From: an uncultured Gemmatimonadales bacterium
Lineage (GTDB): Bacteria > Gemmatimonadota > Gemmatimonadetes > Gemmatimonadales > GWC2-71-9
Length of the DNA: 64,000 nucleotides
Direction: 5' to 3'
Assembly (NCBI GenBank): GCA_963825055.1
Contig: CAWGSK010000003.1
Span: 39,060-103,059 of the forward strand
Part shown: positions 19,222 to 28,643 of the stretch, piece after piece
Position numbering within the stretch: the stretch's first letter is position 1
Layout: each line of letters opens with the position of its first letter
Notes under the pieces: model-generated
Databases searched by the model: none
Told to the model about the DNA's origin: nothing
What the model saw: only the letters and a program-made list of their open reading frames with translations
Made by a program: the position numbers and the translations under genes

Positions 19222-20019
19222 TCAGTCGAGGTAGGCCCGGACCCACTCCTCGAGCTTCACGAGATCCAGTCCGGCATCCTTGCACGGCCCGGAGGGGAGG
19301 GTCATCGTCAGCCCCAGGACGGGGATCTTGCCGGCGACGTCATGCAGCCCGCTCACCATGTCGCGCTCGCAGGCGACCGCCACCACAGCCCGCGGACGGC
19401 GCTCACGGATCACCCGGCGGGCGAGCTGCCCCCGGGTCGCCACAAACACGGGCACCTCATGGCGCCCGGCGATCTGGAGCACGCCGTCCAGTGTCTGTTT
19501 CGAGAGACAACGCGGGATGAGCAGGAGCAGCTCTCCCTTTCCCACCTTCCGGCCACGCTCGAGCGCCAGCGCGTTATAAACCTTGACCGCGGCGTTCTCC
19601 ACCCAGTCCCGCCGGCCAAATGCCCCGGCCACCCTCGAGCTGAGTCTCATCACCCGGAGAAAGGGACCGCGCTCGGCCAGCCGCTCGGGCAGCAGCGACC
19701 TGCGGAATACGTAGCTGCCCGCGAGCAGGAAATACCAGAGCCACGCGACAACCGCCACCAGGCCGAGGCCAACCCAGAGCGCGGGGGGAAGAACGGGATG
19801 CACGAGTGCAAGACGGGGCGCCAGGAGAAAGAGCAGCAGCGCCGCGGCACCGAGCGCGACGATCATGGCTCCGGCCGACCAGCCGAAGAACAGCGCGGGC
19901 GAGGAATCGAAATTGCCCTGATTGGGCAGGGGGGCCCCGTCCCATTCGTCCCATTCATGGCCCAGACGCCGGTCCACCTCGAGGTGGATCAACTGTGCGC
20001 GCGTGGAAGTCCCGGTCAT
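19222..20019 (-). CDS. DUF116-family membrane protein
   Basis: LLLLIPRCL, VFVATRG, AVVAVACERD, GPCKD; two N-terminal TMs. Start ATG 20019 (alternative 20031). Confidence 0.8.
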   Translation of the reverse strand: MTGTSTRAQLIHLEVDRRLGHEWDEWDGAPLPNQGNFDSSPALFFGWSAGAMIVALGAAALLLFLLAPRLALVHPVLPPALWVGLGLVAVVAWLWYFLLAGSYVFRRSLLPERLAERGPFLRVMRLSSRVAGAFGRRDWVENAAVKVYNALALERGRKVGKGELLLLIPRCLSKQTLDGVLQIAGRHEVPVFVATRGQLARRVIRERRPRAVVAVACERDMVSGLHDVAGKIPVLGLTMTLPSGPCKDAGLDLVKLEEWVRAYLD

Positions 20020-20089
20020 GGGGAAGAACATAGCGACTCAGGTCTGTCGACGCATACCGGTCACGTCACCGGGCCGGTACCTTTCTGCC

Positions 20090-21697
20090 ATGCAGCCTCC
20101 TCCAGAGTTCCGGGGCGCCTTCCGCACCGATTTCCGGGCCCGGGCAGCCTACGCCGAAGGCGCGGGGATTTACCGGATCGTGCCGGTGGCCGTCGCGGTG
20201 CCCGCCGATCATGCCGATCTGGCGCTGCTCCTCCGCTGGGCCTCCGCGGGCAGGATTCCGATCGTCCCCCGGGGCGCCGGCAGCGCCGTGACCGGCAGCA
20301 GCGTAGGGCCCGGTGTCGTCATGGACCTGACCACCATGGCAGGCCCGGGCGTCGAGATCGATCCGGAGCGACGGCGGGCTGTGACCGGGGCGGCGGTTAC
20401 GGCTGCACAACTCCAGGATGCGGCCGCGCGTCACGGGCTTCGGCTCCCCCCCGACCCGTCCAGCAGCCGCTGGGCCACCCTCGGAGGGATGGTTTCCACC
20501 AACGCTGCCGGGGCGCGCAGCGTCCGCTACGGAAGCGTCCGGCAGTGGGTACGGCGGCTCGACGTGATCGACGGCGCCGGCGAACCATTCACCCTGCGGC
20601 GCGAGGGCCCGGACGACGGGCCCGCCGCCGCCCGGCTCGCGGCCCTGCTGCCCGACCTGGAGGCGGCGGCACCGCTCATTCGCAAGCATTACCCGCACAC
20701 CAGGAAGAACGCGGCCGGCTACGCACTCGATGCCTGGCTCGAATCGGGAGACCTGATCGACCTCGTGATCGGTGCGGAAGGCACCCTAGGGTGCGTCACG
20801 GCCATCGAATGGACGCTCGCCCCCGCTCCGGCGTACCGGGCCGCCATCCGCCTCGGTCTGGGCGACCTGGCGGACCTCGCCCCAGCCGTCCAGGCCCTCC
20901 TGCCGCTCGAGCCCTCCGCCCTCGAAGTCCTGGATCACAGCTTCCTGGAGATCGCGGGGGTGACGGCTGCACTGGCCGCCGGCACCCGCGCAGTGCTGCT
21001 GGCCGAGTTCGAGGCCGACGATGCCGCTGCGCTCCGTGGCCGGGTTGGGGACGCGGTTCGGCGCACCCGGGACCAGGCGCTGGATGTGGTCACCGCGCTC
21101 TCGCCGGAGGAGGAACATGAGATCTGGGCGCTCCGCCATGCTGCCAGCCCGCGGATCGCGAGCCTCCCGGACGACCGGCGATCACTGCAGGTCATCGAGG
21201 ATGCGTGCATTCCGGTGGAGCATCTGGGCCGTTATATCACAGGCGTCCGGGCGGCTGCCGCCCGGGAGAATGTTCCCGCCGTCATCTTCGGACATGCGGG
21301 AGACGGCAATGTGCACGTCAACCTCATTCCCCGGGTCGACGAGCCCGGCTGGCCCGGCGCCGTGGGCCGCATCTATGACGAGGTGAGCGCGCTCGTACTT
21401 TCACTGGGGGGTACGCCGTCGGGGGAGCACGGGGATGGCCGGATCCGCGCGGGGCTGGCCGAGCGGCAGTTCGGCCCGGAGTTGACGGGGCTCTTCCGGC
21501 GGATCCGGGCCGCGTGCGATCCGGCGGGCATCATGAATCCGGGCGTGAAGGTGGATCCGGCGATCGGCCCGCTCGAGTCCCTCAAGGCCGGCCCCGGCGC
21601 GGCCCCGATTCCCGATGATATCGCCCGCGCGCTGCGCGAGATCGAGCGCGGCGGCGGGTATGCGGTGAACCGACTTTCCCTGGCGGGACCGACATGA
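20090..21697 (+). CDS. FAD-linked oxidase (GlcD/D-lactate dehydrogenase-like)
   Basis: [49 protein letters not shown]. Confidence 0.9.
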   Translation: MQPPPEFRGAFRTDFRARAAYAEGAGIYRIVPVAVAVPADHADLALLLRWASAGRIPIVPRGAGSAVTGSSVGPGVVMDLTTMAGPGVEIDPERRRAVTGAAVTAAQLQDAAARHGLRLPPDPSSSRWATLGGMVSTNAAGARSVRYGSVRQWVRRLDVIDGAGEPFTLRREGPDDGPAAARLAALLPDLEAAAPLIRKHYPHTRKNAAGYALDAWLESGDLIDLVIGAEGTLGCVTAIEWTLAPAPAYRAAIRLGLGDLADLAPAVQALLPLEPSALEVLDHSFLEIAGVTAALAAGTRAVLLAEFEADDAAALRGRVGDAVRRTRDQALDVVTALSPEEEHEIWALRHAASPRIASLPDDRRSLQVIEDACIPVEHLGRYITGVRAAAARENVPAVIFGHAGDGNVHVNLIPRVDEPGWPGAVGRIYDEVSALVLSLGGTPSGEHGDGRIRAGLAERQFGPELTGLFRRIRAACDPAGIMNPGVKVDPAIGPLESLKAGPGAAPIPDDIARALREIERGGGYAVNRLSLAGPT

Positions 21698-22488
21698 AAC
21701 AGTATCTCGATCTGCTGCGCGACGTGCTCGAACACGGGGCGCCGAAGGCCGACCGGACCGGGACCGGGACGCGGAGCGTGTTCGGGCGGCAGTTGCGATT
21801 CGACCTGCGCGATGGCTTCCCGCTCGTCACGACCAAGCGGCTTCACCTGAAGTCGATCATCCATGAATTGCTCTGGTTCCTCCGGGGCGAGACGAGCATC
21901 GTGCCGCTCAATGCGGTGGGCGTCCGTATCTGGGATGCCTGGGCCGACGCGCAGGGCGAGCTCGGGCCGATCTACGGATACCAGTGGCGCTCCTGGCCCG
22001 CGCCTGACGGGCGCCACATTGACCAGATCAGCAGCGTCCTCGAAACCATCCGCCGCGATCCCGACTCGCGCCGGCTCGTGGTGAGCGCCTGGAATGTTGC
22101 TGACCTCGACCGCATGGCCCTCGCGCCCTGCCACACCCTGTTCCAGTTTTACGTGGCGGAAGGCCGGCTGTCCTGCCAGCTCTACCAGCGCAGCGCCGAT
22201 CTCTTCCTGGGCGTGCCGTTCAACATCGCATCCTACGCGCTGCTCACGCTCATGGTGGCGCAGAGCACCGGGCTCGAACCCGCCGAATTCATACACACAT
22301 TCGGTGACGCGCACCTCTACACCAATCACGAGGAAGCCGCGCGCGAGCAGCTCTCGCGTGAGCCCCGTCCGCTTCCGGTCATGCGGCTCAATCCGGAGGT
22401 CCGTTCCCTCTTCGATTTCCGTTTCGAGGACTTCAGTCTCGAGCAGTACGACCCCTGCCCGCATATCTCCGCTCCGGTGGCGGTGTGA
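21694..22488 (+). CDS. thyA: Thymidylate synthase
   Basis: [43 protein letters not shown]. Confidence 0.98.
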   Translation: MKQYLDLLRDVLEHGAPKADRTGTGTRSVFGRQLRFDLRDGFPLVTTKRLHLKSIIHELLWFLRGETSIVPLNAVGVRIWDAWADAQGELGPIYGYQWRSWPAPDGRHIDQISSVLETIRRDPDSRRLVVSAWNVADLDRMALAPCHTLFQFYVAEGRLSCQLYQRSADLFLGVPFNIASYALLTLMVAQSTGLEPAEFIHTFGDAHLYTNHEEAAREQLSREPRPLPVMRLNPEVRSLFDFRFEDFSLEQYDPCPHISAPVAV

Positions 22489-22973
22489 CCCTCGTCGTCA
22501 TCGCCGCGGTGGCCGCCAACGGTGTCATCGGGCGCGACAACAACCTTCCCTGGCGGCTCCCCGAGGACCTCCGGCGGTTCAAGGCACTCACGATGGGGCA
22601 CGCGATCATCGTGGGTCGTCGCACCTGGGAATCCATCGGCCGGCCTCTGCCGGGGCGGCGGATGGTCGTGCTCACGGGACAGGAGGGATGGACGGCGCCG
22701 GGCGTGGAGGTCGCGCATTCCCTGGACGAGGCGCTGGAGCTGGCGGGGGACGACACGGCCTTCGTGGCCGGCGGCGAAGCGGTGTACCGGGGGGCGCTTC
22801 CCCGGGCGGACGTGCTGGAACTGACGCGCGTGCATGCCGACGTGGAGGGAGATGCGTGCTTCCCCGCGTTCGACGCCGGTTCGTGGCGGCGGGTCTGGCA
22901 CAAGGACCATCCCGCCGACGCGGCGCACGCGTGGCCGTTCACGTTTGAGCGTTACGAGCCGCTGTCAGCCTGA
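22485..22973 (+). CDS. folA: Dihydrofolate reductase
   Basis: [38 protein letters not shown]; coupled to thyA. Confidence 0.96.
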   Translation: MTLVVIAAVAANGVIGRDNNLPWRLPEDLRRFKALTMGHAIIVGRRTWESIGRPLPGRRMVVLTGQEGWTAPGVEVAHSLDEALELAGDDTAFVAGGEAVYRGALPRADVLELTRVHADVEGDACFPAFDAGSWRRVWHKDHPADAAHAWPFTFERYEPLSA

Positions 22974-24613
22974 GCGGCGTGCGGTGGCGCGCCGCCGCGC
23001 GGCCGGTCCTCCAGTGTCCAGGATGGCAACCCGGCCAGCCAGCTGAACGGGTCGACATGCACATTGCCGACCCGGTCGGCAATGGCGGCGACATTGGTCG
23101 GGGCGTAGAGGAACACCGCCGGCGCGTCCGCCCGCAGGGTGTCAAACGCGGCTTTCCAGATCGGCCGGGACTTCGACGGATCGTTGATGCCGAGCGCCAC
23201 ACGGAACAGGGAATCGAAGACGGGGCGGTCGTAATGCCCGTAGTTGAGCACATCCCACCCCTCGCGTGTCCACTGGTCACCCAGCCCGCGGGGGCTCGGT
23301 TCGTCCAGCCACGCCCCGATGTAGGCCTCGAAGTTCCCCGCTGCCAGCCTGGACTGGAATACCGGGAAGTCCACCGCCGTGATCGTCGCCGCGATGCCCG
23401 CGGCACGCCACTGTTCCTGGATGATCTCAGCAATGTGGCGGCGGGTAGAGCTCGTGGACGGCACCAGGATCGCCACTTCCAGCCGCCGGCCCCCACGCCG
23501 ACGGACGCCGTCGCCGCCGGGCCGCCAGCCGGCATCGTCCAGGATCCGCCCGGCGGCGAGCGAGTCGAACGCCTTCCCCGCATTGCCGGACGAGCCAACC
23601 CACAGCAGCTGGGAATAGGGCCCCGAGGGCACCCGGGTCTCCGGGCCGAACACGGACAGCGCCAGGGCGCGGCGGTTGATCGCCGCGGCCAGTCCGCGCC
23701 GGACTTCGCGGTCTCCCAGCACCGGATCCGGCTTCCCCCGCTCGTCCGCGACCCGGAATCCCATGAATCCGTAGACCGCGGAGGGATACGGCAGGAGGCG
23801 ATAAGTCGTGTCCGGCGCCATCTGCCTGACCATGTCCAGCGTCAGCGACTCGAAGACGTCGGCTTCATGGCTCGCGACCAGATTGAACGCGGCCTCGGGA
23901 TCTCCGGCAAACCGCCAGATGACGCGAGGGATGGAGGCGCGCGGGTCGCCGTCCGACGGCTCGACCCGGTCCAGTTCGAGGGACTGTCCGCGCCGCCAGC
24001 GTGTCACGCGGTACGGCCCGCTCCCGACGAGGCGCGCCAGGGAAGTGTCGCCCTCCCACTGGTCGGTCGGGATATCGCGCCAGATATGTGCCGGTATGAT
24101 GCGCACATGCCAGGTGGCGTCATACAGCTGCTCCGGATAGGCCATGGTGAAACGGACGAGCAGGGTTGACGAGTCCTCGGGAATCACCTCGCCGACGCGG
24201 GACAGCTGCTCGCGGGCGAGGGCATCCACCTCGTCCGCGCGGAAGACATCGAAGCTCCAGGCTACGTCATCCGAGGTGACCGGTGTGCCGTCCTGCCATC
24301 GGGCACCGTCGCGCAGGTGGAAGCGGATGCTGAGGGAATCCACCCGGTCCCAGCTCCGCGCGAGCGCCGGGGCGAACGCGGACTCATCCGTGGTGGGCTG
24401 GTCGGTGCGGAAATTCGCCAGCCGCTCATACACCTGGTCGCTGATGTCGCGACCGACGGTTTCCACCACGAGCGGAGGGAAGATGCTCGGCGGTTCGCCG
24501 ATGGCAGAGATGACCAGGGTGTGGCAGGTGGGGCAGTCCCGTTCCCCGCCGCAGGAGAGGGCCGGAAGGGCCAGCAGGGTCACCGCGACAACGCGGAGCC
24601 AGGGGGATGACAT
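22952..24613 (-). CDS. Peptide/nickel ABC transporter substrate-binding lipoprotein (family 5)
   Basis: Lipobox ALSC, PALARSW, FHLRDGARWQDGTPVTSDDV, GSGPY. TATAAT at 24657-24662 upstream. Confidence 0.9.
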   Translation of the reverse strand: MSSPWLRVVAVTLLALPALSCGGERDCPTCHTLVISAIGEPPSIFPPLVVETVGRDISDQVYERLANFRTDQPTTDESAFAPALARSWDRVDSLSIRFHLRDGARWQDGTPVTSDDVAWSFDVFRADEVDALAREQLSRVGEVIPEDSSTLLVRFTMAYPEQLYDATWHVRIIPAHIWRDIPTDQWEGDTSLARLVGSGPYRVTRWRRGQSLELDRVEPSDGDPRASIPRVIWRFAGDPEAAFNLVASHEADVFESLTLDMVRQMAPDTTYRLLPYPSAVYGFMGFRVADERGKPDPVLGDREVRRGLAAAINRRALALSVFGPETRVPSGPYSQLLWVGSSGNAGKAFDSLAAGRILDDAGWRPGGDGVRRRGGRRLEVAILVPSTSSTRRHIAEIIQEQWRAAGIAATITAVDFPVFQSRLAAGNFEAYIGAWLDEPSPRGLGDQWTREGWDVLNYGHYDRPVFDSLFRVALGINDPSKSRPIWKAAFDTLRADAPAVFLYAPTNVAAIADRVGNVHVDPFSWLAGLPSWTLEDRPRGGAPPHAAQADSGS

Positions 24614-24826
24614 CGGCTTCACCTCGGACGCTCTGGGGTACGGGATGCGCGCATCAATTATAGGCGGGTCCCGGCCTCCTTGCCCTCCAGCCGGCTCCAG
24701 GCCTGCTGTGTCGTATCGGTACGGTCCCGGCTGTAACGATTCATTCCAGCGACGCAGAGGCACCCTGGGCGCCGCGAGGCCGCCGAAATGCCCTTGGGAC
24801 AGCGAGTTAGTACATTTGGGGAGGGT

Positions 24827-24841
24827 CGGCACCGGCCTTGC
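24827..24841 (+). promoter_or_regulatory. Sigma54 -24/-12 promoter
   Basis: CGGCACCGGCCTTGC, close to the TGGCAC-N5-TTGC consensus, 48 nt before ATG 24889. IHF-like GGACAGCGAGTTA at about 24797-24809. Confidence 0.7.
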
Positions 24842-24888
24842 CACTTCCATCGGGTGACAGCACACCAATCACCTGATGGGAGTCGGAT

Positions 24889-25644
24889 ATGCGAACCATG
24901 TGGAGTGTTGCCCTGGGGTTGGCAGCGGCCGGGAGTCTGGCCGGCTGCACCACTGACGGTGCGGGTCCGTCGGCCGGCGCGCAGCTGGCAATCAATGTCG
25001 CGACGGAAGCAGGAGTGGGCACGGCGGCCGGCACGCCCGACACGATGGCACTTGGCGCCGACCTCCTCGTTATCAACTCCGTAGAACTCGTCCTCCGGGA
25101 CATCGAGTTCGAAAGGCAGAATAGTGATGCCTGTGACAGCCTCTCCACCAGCCACGATGGCTGCGAGGAAGTGGATGTCGGGCCGGTCCTGCTCGACCTT
25201 CCACTGGGCGCTGGTGTGACCCGGGCCTTCACCGTCAGCGTCGATTCCGGCACATACGATGAAATCGAGCTCAGGCTGCACAAACCTGAAGACAATGGTG
25301 ACGCGGCTGACCAGGCCTTCCTGGCCGCTCACCCGGATCTTCAGGACGTGAGCGTTCGCGTCACCGGCACGTTCAACGGTACGCCCTTCACCTTCACGAG
25401 CGATGTGGATGCCGGGCAGGAACTCGACCTCCAGCCGCCACTCACCGTGGACGCGTCCGGCTCCGCCGATGCCACGCTGTTCGTGGACATTCGCGGCTGG
25501 TTCGTGCAGACGGGTGGTACGGCGCTGATCGACCCGGCGCTTGCGCTCAAGGGCACGGCGTTTGAAGGAACTGTGGCGAACAACATCAAGGCCTCCTTCA
25601 AGGCATTCGAGGATGAAGATCATGACGGATCCGGGGACCACTAG
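24889..25644 (+). CDS. Acidic beta-rich lipoprotein (DUF4382-like)
   Basis: Lipobox LAGC; GTYDEIELRL, SVRVTGTFNG; Cys pair. Confidence 0.75.
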   Translation: MRTMWSVALGLAAAGSLAGCTTDGAGPSAGAQLAINVATEAGVGTAAGTPDTMALGADLLVINSVELVLRDIEFERQNSDACDSLSTSHDGCEEVDVGPVLLDLPLGAGVTRAFTVSVDSGTYDEIELRLHKPEDNGDAADQAFLAAHPDLQDVSVRVTGTFNGTPFTFTSDVDAGQELDLQPPLTVDASGSADATLFVDIRGWFVQTGGTALIDPALALKGTAFEGTVANNIKASFKAFEDEDHDGSGDH

Positions 25645-25647
25645 GAC

Positions 25648-26979
25648 GTGAAGGAGCCGGGAGCAGTGGTGATCGTCCGCTACTCCGACAGCTTCGCCGA
25701 CACCCTCGGCGAAGCTGTCATCGGTGCCGGGGGGCACCCGCTCCCGCGAGGCCCGGCCTCCCCTGAGGCCTGGCCGCGCCAGGCCGTGGCGGTCATGGTC
25801 GCGGCCGGAGGGGCGGAGCGCGAGGCCCTGGATGCCCTGGCCTCCCTGCCCCTCGGAGAAGTGCCGTGGTTCTTCATCGGCGCCGACCCGAGCCACCGCG
25901 TCGCCGCCGCGGCCGTCGGGGCTGGGGCGAGGGACTACTTCGCCCTTCCGGAGGATGTGGACCTGCTCCGCCGCTCGCTTGACCGGCTCCTGCGCGAGGT
26001 CGAAGGGCGGAGGGCAGCCCGGGCCCTGGCGGAAGACGAGCGCGAGGACGGCGGGTTTGCCGCGATACTCGGGGAGAGCCCGACACTGCGTGAAGCGCTC
26101 GAGCAGGGGCGCCGCGTGGCGCGGCACCGCGACGTCACCGTACTCATCGGGGGCGAGACCGGTACGGGCAAGGAACTGCTCGCCCGCGCCATCCACTATG
26201 CCAGCCCCAGGGCGGCGGAACCGTTCGTGGAGATCAACTGTGCCGCCATTCCGCCGAACCTGCTGGAAAGCGAACTGTTCGGTCACGAGAAGGGCGCCTT
26301 CACCGGCGCCGTGGCCGCCAAGCCGGGACTTTTCGAGCTCGCGCACGATGGGACGCTCTTTCTGGATGAGATTGGCCACATGCCGCTTGAGCTGCAGGCC
26401 AAACTCCTCCGGGCCCTGGAGCAGCGCGAGATCAGGAGGGTAGGGGGAACGGCATCGCGAAGAGTGGATGTACGGGTCATTGCCGCGAGCCACGTGGACC
26501 TGCCCGCGGCGGTGGCCCGGCGGGAGTTCCGGGAGGACCTGTACTACCGGCTGAACGTGGTGTCGCTCGCCCTGCCGCCCCTCCGCGCGAGGACGGGGGA
26601 CGTGGACCTGCTCTCCCATGCGTTCGTAAAGAGCATCGCCCGGGCGAGCGACCTGCCGGTCCCCGAGATCGGGAACGAGGTACGCGACGCCCTCAGGGCT
26701 CACGCGTGGCCGGGGAATGTCCGCGAGCTGAGGAACGCCATCGAACGGGCCCTCGTGCTTTCGCCTCCCGGACGGCTGGAAGCCGGGGCCCTGGGGCTGG
26801 TCTCCACGCCCGTTCCGGGCAGCGGCGAGCTCCCATTCCCCGCGGACCTGGACACCATCCAGCGAAGCGCCGCGGCGGCGATGCTCGAGCTGGTGCAGGG
26901 CAACAAGAGCGAGGCGGCCAGGCGGCTCGGCATCAGCCGGCCGCGGTTGCAGCGACTCCTCGACCCCAACAATCACTGA
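25648..26979 (+). CDS. Sigma54-dependent enhancer-binding activator with degenerate receiver domain and Fis-type HTH
   Basis: GETGTGKE, ESELFGHEKGAFTGA, LFLDEIG, WPGNVREL, GNKSEAARRLGISR. Confidence 0.93.
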   Translation: MKEPGAVVIVRYSDSFADTLGEAVIGAGGHPLPRGPASPEAWPRQAVAVMVAAGGAEREALDALASLPLGEVPWFFIGADPSHRVAAAAVGAGARDYFALPEDVDLLRRSLDRLLREVEGRRAARALAEDEREDGGFAAILGESPTLREALEQGRRVARHRDVTVLIGGETGTGKELLARAIHYASPRAAEPFVEINCAAIPPNLLESELFGHEKGAFTGAVAAKPGLFELAHDGTLFLDEIGHMPLELQAKLLRALEQREIRRVGGTASRRVDVRVIAASHVDLPAAVARREFREDLYYRLNVVSLALPPLRARTGDVDLLSHAFVKSIARASDLPVPEIGNEVRDALRAHAWPGNVRELRNAIERALVLSPPGRLEAGALGLVSTPVPGSGELPFPADLDTIQRSAAAAMLELVQGNKSEAARRLGISRPRLQRLLDPNNH

Positions 26980-27012
26980 GTTCCGGAAGGAACCTGGACC
27001 AAGGACCGCATC

Positions 27013-27630
27013 ATGGAACTGCGACGACTGATAGGCACCGGGCTTCTGCTGGCGATCGGCGCGCTGGCCTGTTCGGACAGCAGCGGCCCGGGCAGCGGTG
27101 GCACGCGCGTGGAGGGAGAGCTCAACATCCTCCGGCTCGACCCCGCCAGCCCGCCGCTCTTCAATCCGGTGGACAGCTTCTATGCGAAGAAGGGCGAGGA
27201 CAGGGAAATCCAGATCTTCTTCCAGGACGCCGTGGGCGGGGCGGGAGAGGAGTACCTCCGGCTCAGGGTGGACGCCCCGACGCTGCTGGCCCGGCCGGAT
27301 GGAACGCCGTTCCTGGTCGGAGACTCGGTGCTGATCACCGTCCGCGTGACCGATCCGGCAGAGATGCTGTTCGAGTTCGAGCCGGCGGGACTCACCTTCA
27401 ATCCGCTCAAGCCGGCCGAGCTGAAGATCGAGTACGCCGAGAGCGACCACGACTTCAACGAAGACGGCGTCGAAGACAGCGAAGACGACCGGATCGAGGG
27501 CGAACTGGCCATCTGGCGCCAGGATACACCGGGCAACCCGTTCGCGAAGCTCGGCTCCCTCCTCTTCACGGAAGCCGATGAGGTGGAGGCCAAGCTTCCT
27601 GGCTTCAGCCGGTACGCACTGGCCTACTGA
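27013..27630 (+). CDS. Hypothetical lipoprotein
   Basis: Lipobox ALAC; FEPAGLTF...AELKIEY (ZU5-like flavour); DFNEDG possible Ca loop; C-terminal FSRYALAY. Confidence 0.75.
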   Translation: MELRRLIGTGLLLAIGALACSDSSGPGSGGTRVEGELNILRLDPASPPLFNPVDSFYAKKGEDREIQIFFQDAVGGAGEEYLRLRVDAPTLLARPDGTPFLVGDSVLITVRVTDPAEMLFEFEPAGLTFNPLKPAELKIEYAESDHDFNEDGVEDSEDDRIEGELAIWRQDTPGNPFAKLGSLLFTEADEVEAKLPGFSRYALAY

Positions 27631-27632
27631 AC

Positions 27633-28643
27633 ATGAACCTGACGCCTTCGCCCCTGCCTCCCGACGACCCGGCGCGCGGCCTCCGCGCCCTGCTGGGCCA
27701 GGGACGGTTCCAGGAGACGCTCCTCGCGTGGCGGCTGGCCGGCGAAACGCCGGAAGCCGCACGGCCGGAGGTCCAGCTCGTGGCGGCCACGGCGGCCACG
27801 CGCCTGGGGGAGCTGGCGACGGCCATGGTCCTGGCCCGCGGCGCCATGGAGGGTTTCTGGGCAAGGGCGGATGATGACGGCCGGATGCGCGCCACCAACC
27901 TGCTCGGGGTGATCGCCTTCGAACAGGGGGCAATGGACGAAGCCGAGCGCCGGATGCGCGACGCGTGGCAGCTGGCCCAGCGGCTGGACGACAGCCTCAT
28001 GGCCGCCCGCGCCGCAAACAACCTCGCCTCCGCCGCGCATCTCCGGGGCGACCCGGACACGTCGCTCGGCCTCTACCGCGCCTGCCTCCTGAGCTACCAG
28101 CGGCTGGGCGACCGCCGCGGTATCGCCGAGGCCTACCACAACATCGCGCTGGTGTTCCGGAAGCTGGGGCAGCTGGACGAGGCGGACGCCGCCACCGAAC
28201 AGGCGGTGCGCCACGCCGGGATGCTGGGTGAGGATGCGTTGATTGCCCTCGTGCGGGCCGGTCGGGCCGAACTGCGCCTGGCTCAGGGGGAGTACGCGCT
28301 GGCCGAGGCCGAGCTGGGCGTTGCGCGCCGCCACGCGTCCCGGGCCGGAGATGCGGTGGGCGGCGCGGACATCGCCCGGCTCCGTGCCCGGCTGGAACTC
28401 GAGCGCGGCAATGCCGACCTGGCGCTGCAGGAAGCCGAGGGGGCCGCGGCGCTCGCACGCGAGCAGGGAAGCTCCCTCCTGGAGGCCGAGTGCGACGCGG
28501 CGGGGGCCCTGGCGCTGCGGGTCGGCGGGCGGGCTGCCGAGGCGGCGGTGCGGGCAGACCGGGTCCGCGCGACCCTCGAACGCCTCGGCGCCCGCGCCCT
28601 GCTGGTCGAGTTCGAGGCCGACTGGGCCCGGCTCGTCCGCTAG
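27633..28643 (+). CDS. Tetratricopeptide-repeat protein
   Basis: ATNLLGVIAFEQG, AANNLASA, AYHNIALVFRKLGQLDEA. Confidence 0.85.
   Translation: MNLTPSPLPPDDPARGLRALLGQGRFQETLLAWRLAGETPEAARPEVQLVAATAATRLGELATAMVLARGAMEGFWARADDDGRMRATNLLGVIAFEQGAMDEAERRMRDAWQLAQRLDDSLMAARAANNLASAAHLRGDPDTSLGLYRACLLSYQRLGDRRGIAEAYHNIALVFRKLGQLDEADAATEQAVRHAGMLGEDALIALVRAGRAELRLAQGEYALAEAELGVARRHASRAGDAVGGADIARLRARLELERGNADLALQEAEGAAALAREQGSSLLEAECDAAGALALRVGGRAAEAAVRADRVRATLERLGARALLVEFEADWARLVR

Noticed and set aside
24658..27933. 1091-aa minus-strand ORF and many other long antisense ORFs (e.g. 13241-15127, 56433-58538, 35530-37248, 450-1316)
   Set aside because: Shadow frames of well-supported genes on the opposite strand. 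They carry no motifs and are expected from high-GC codon bias.
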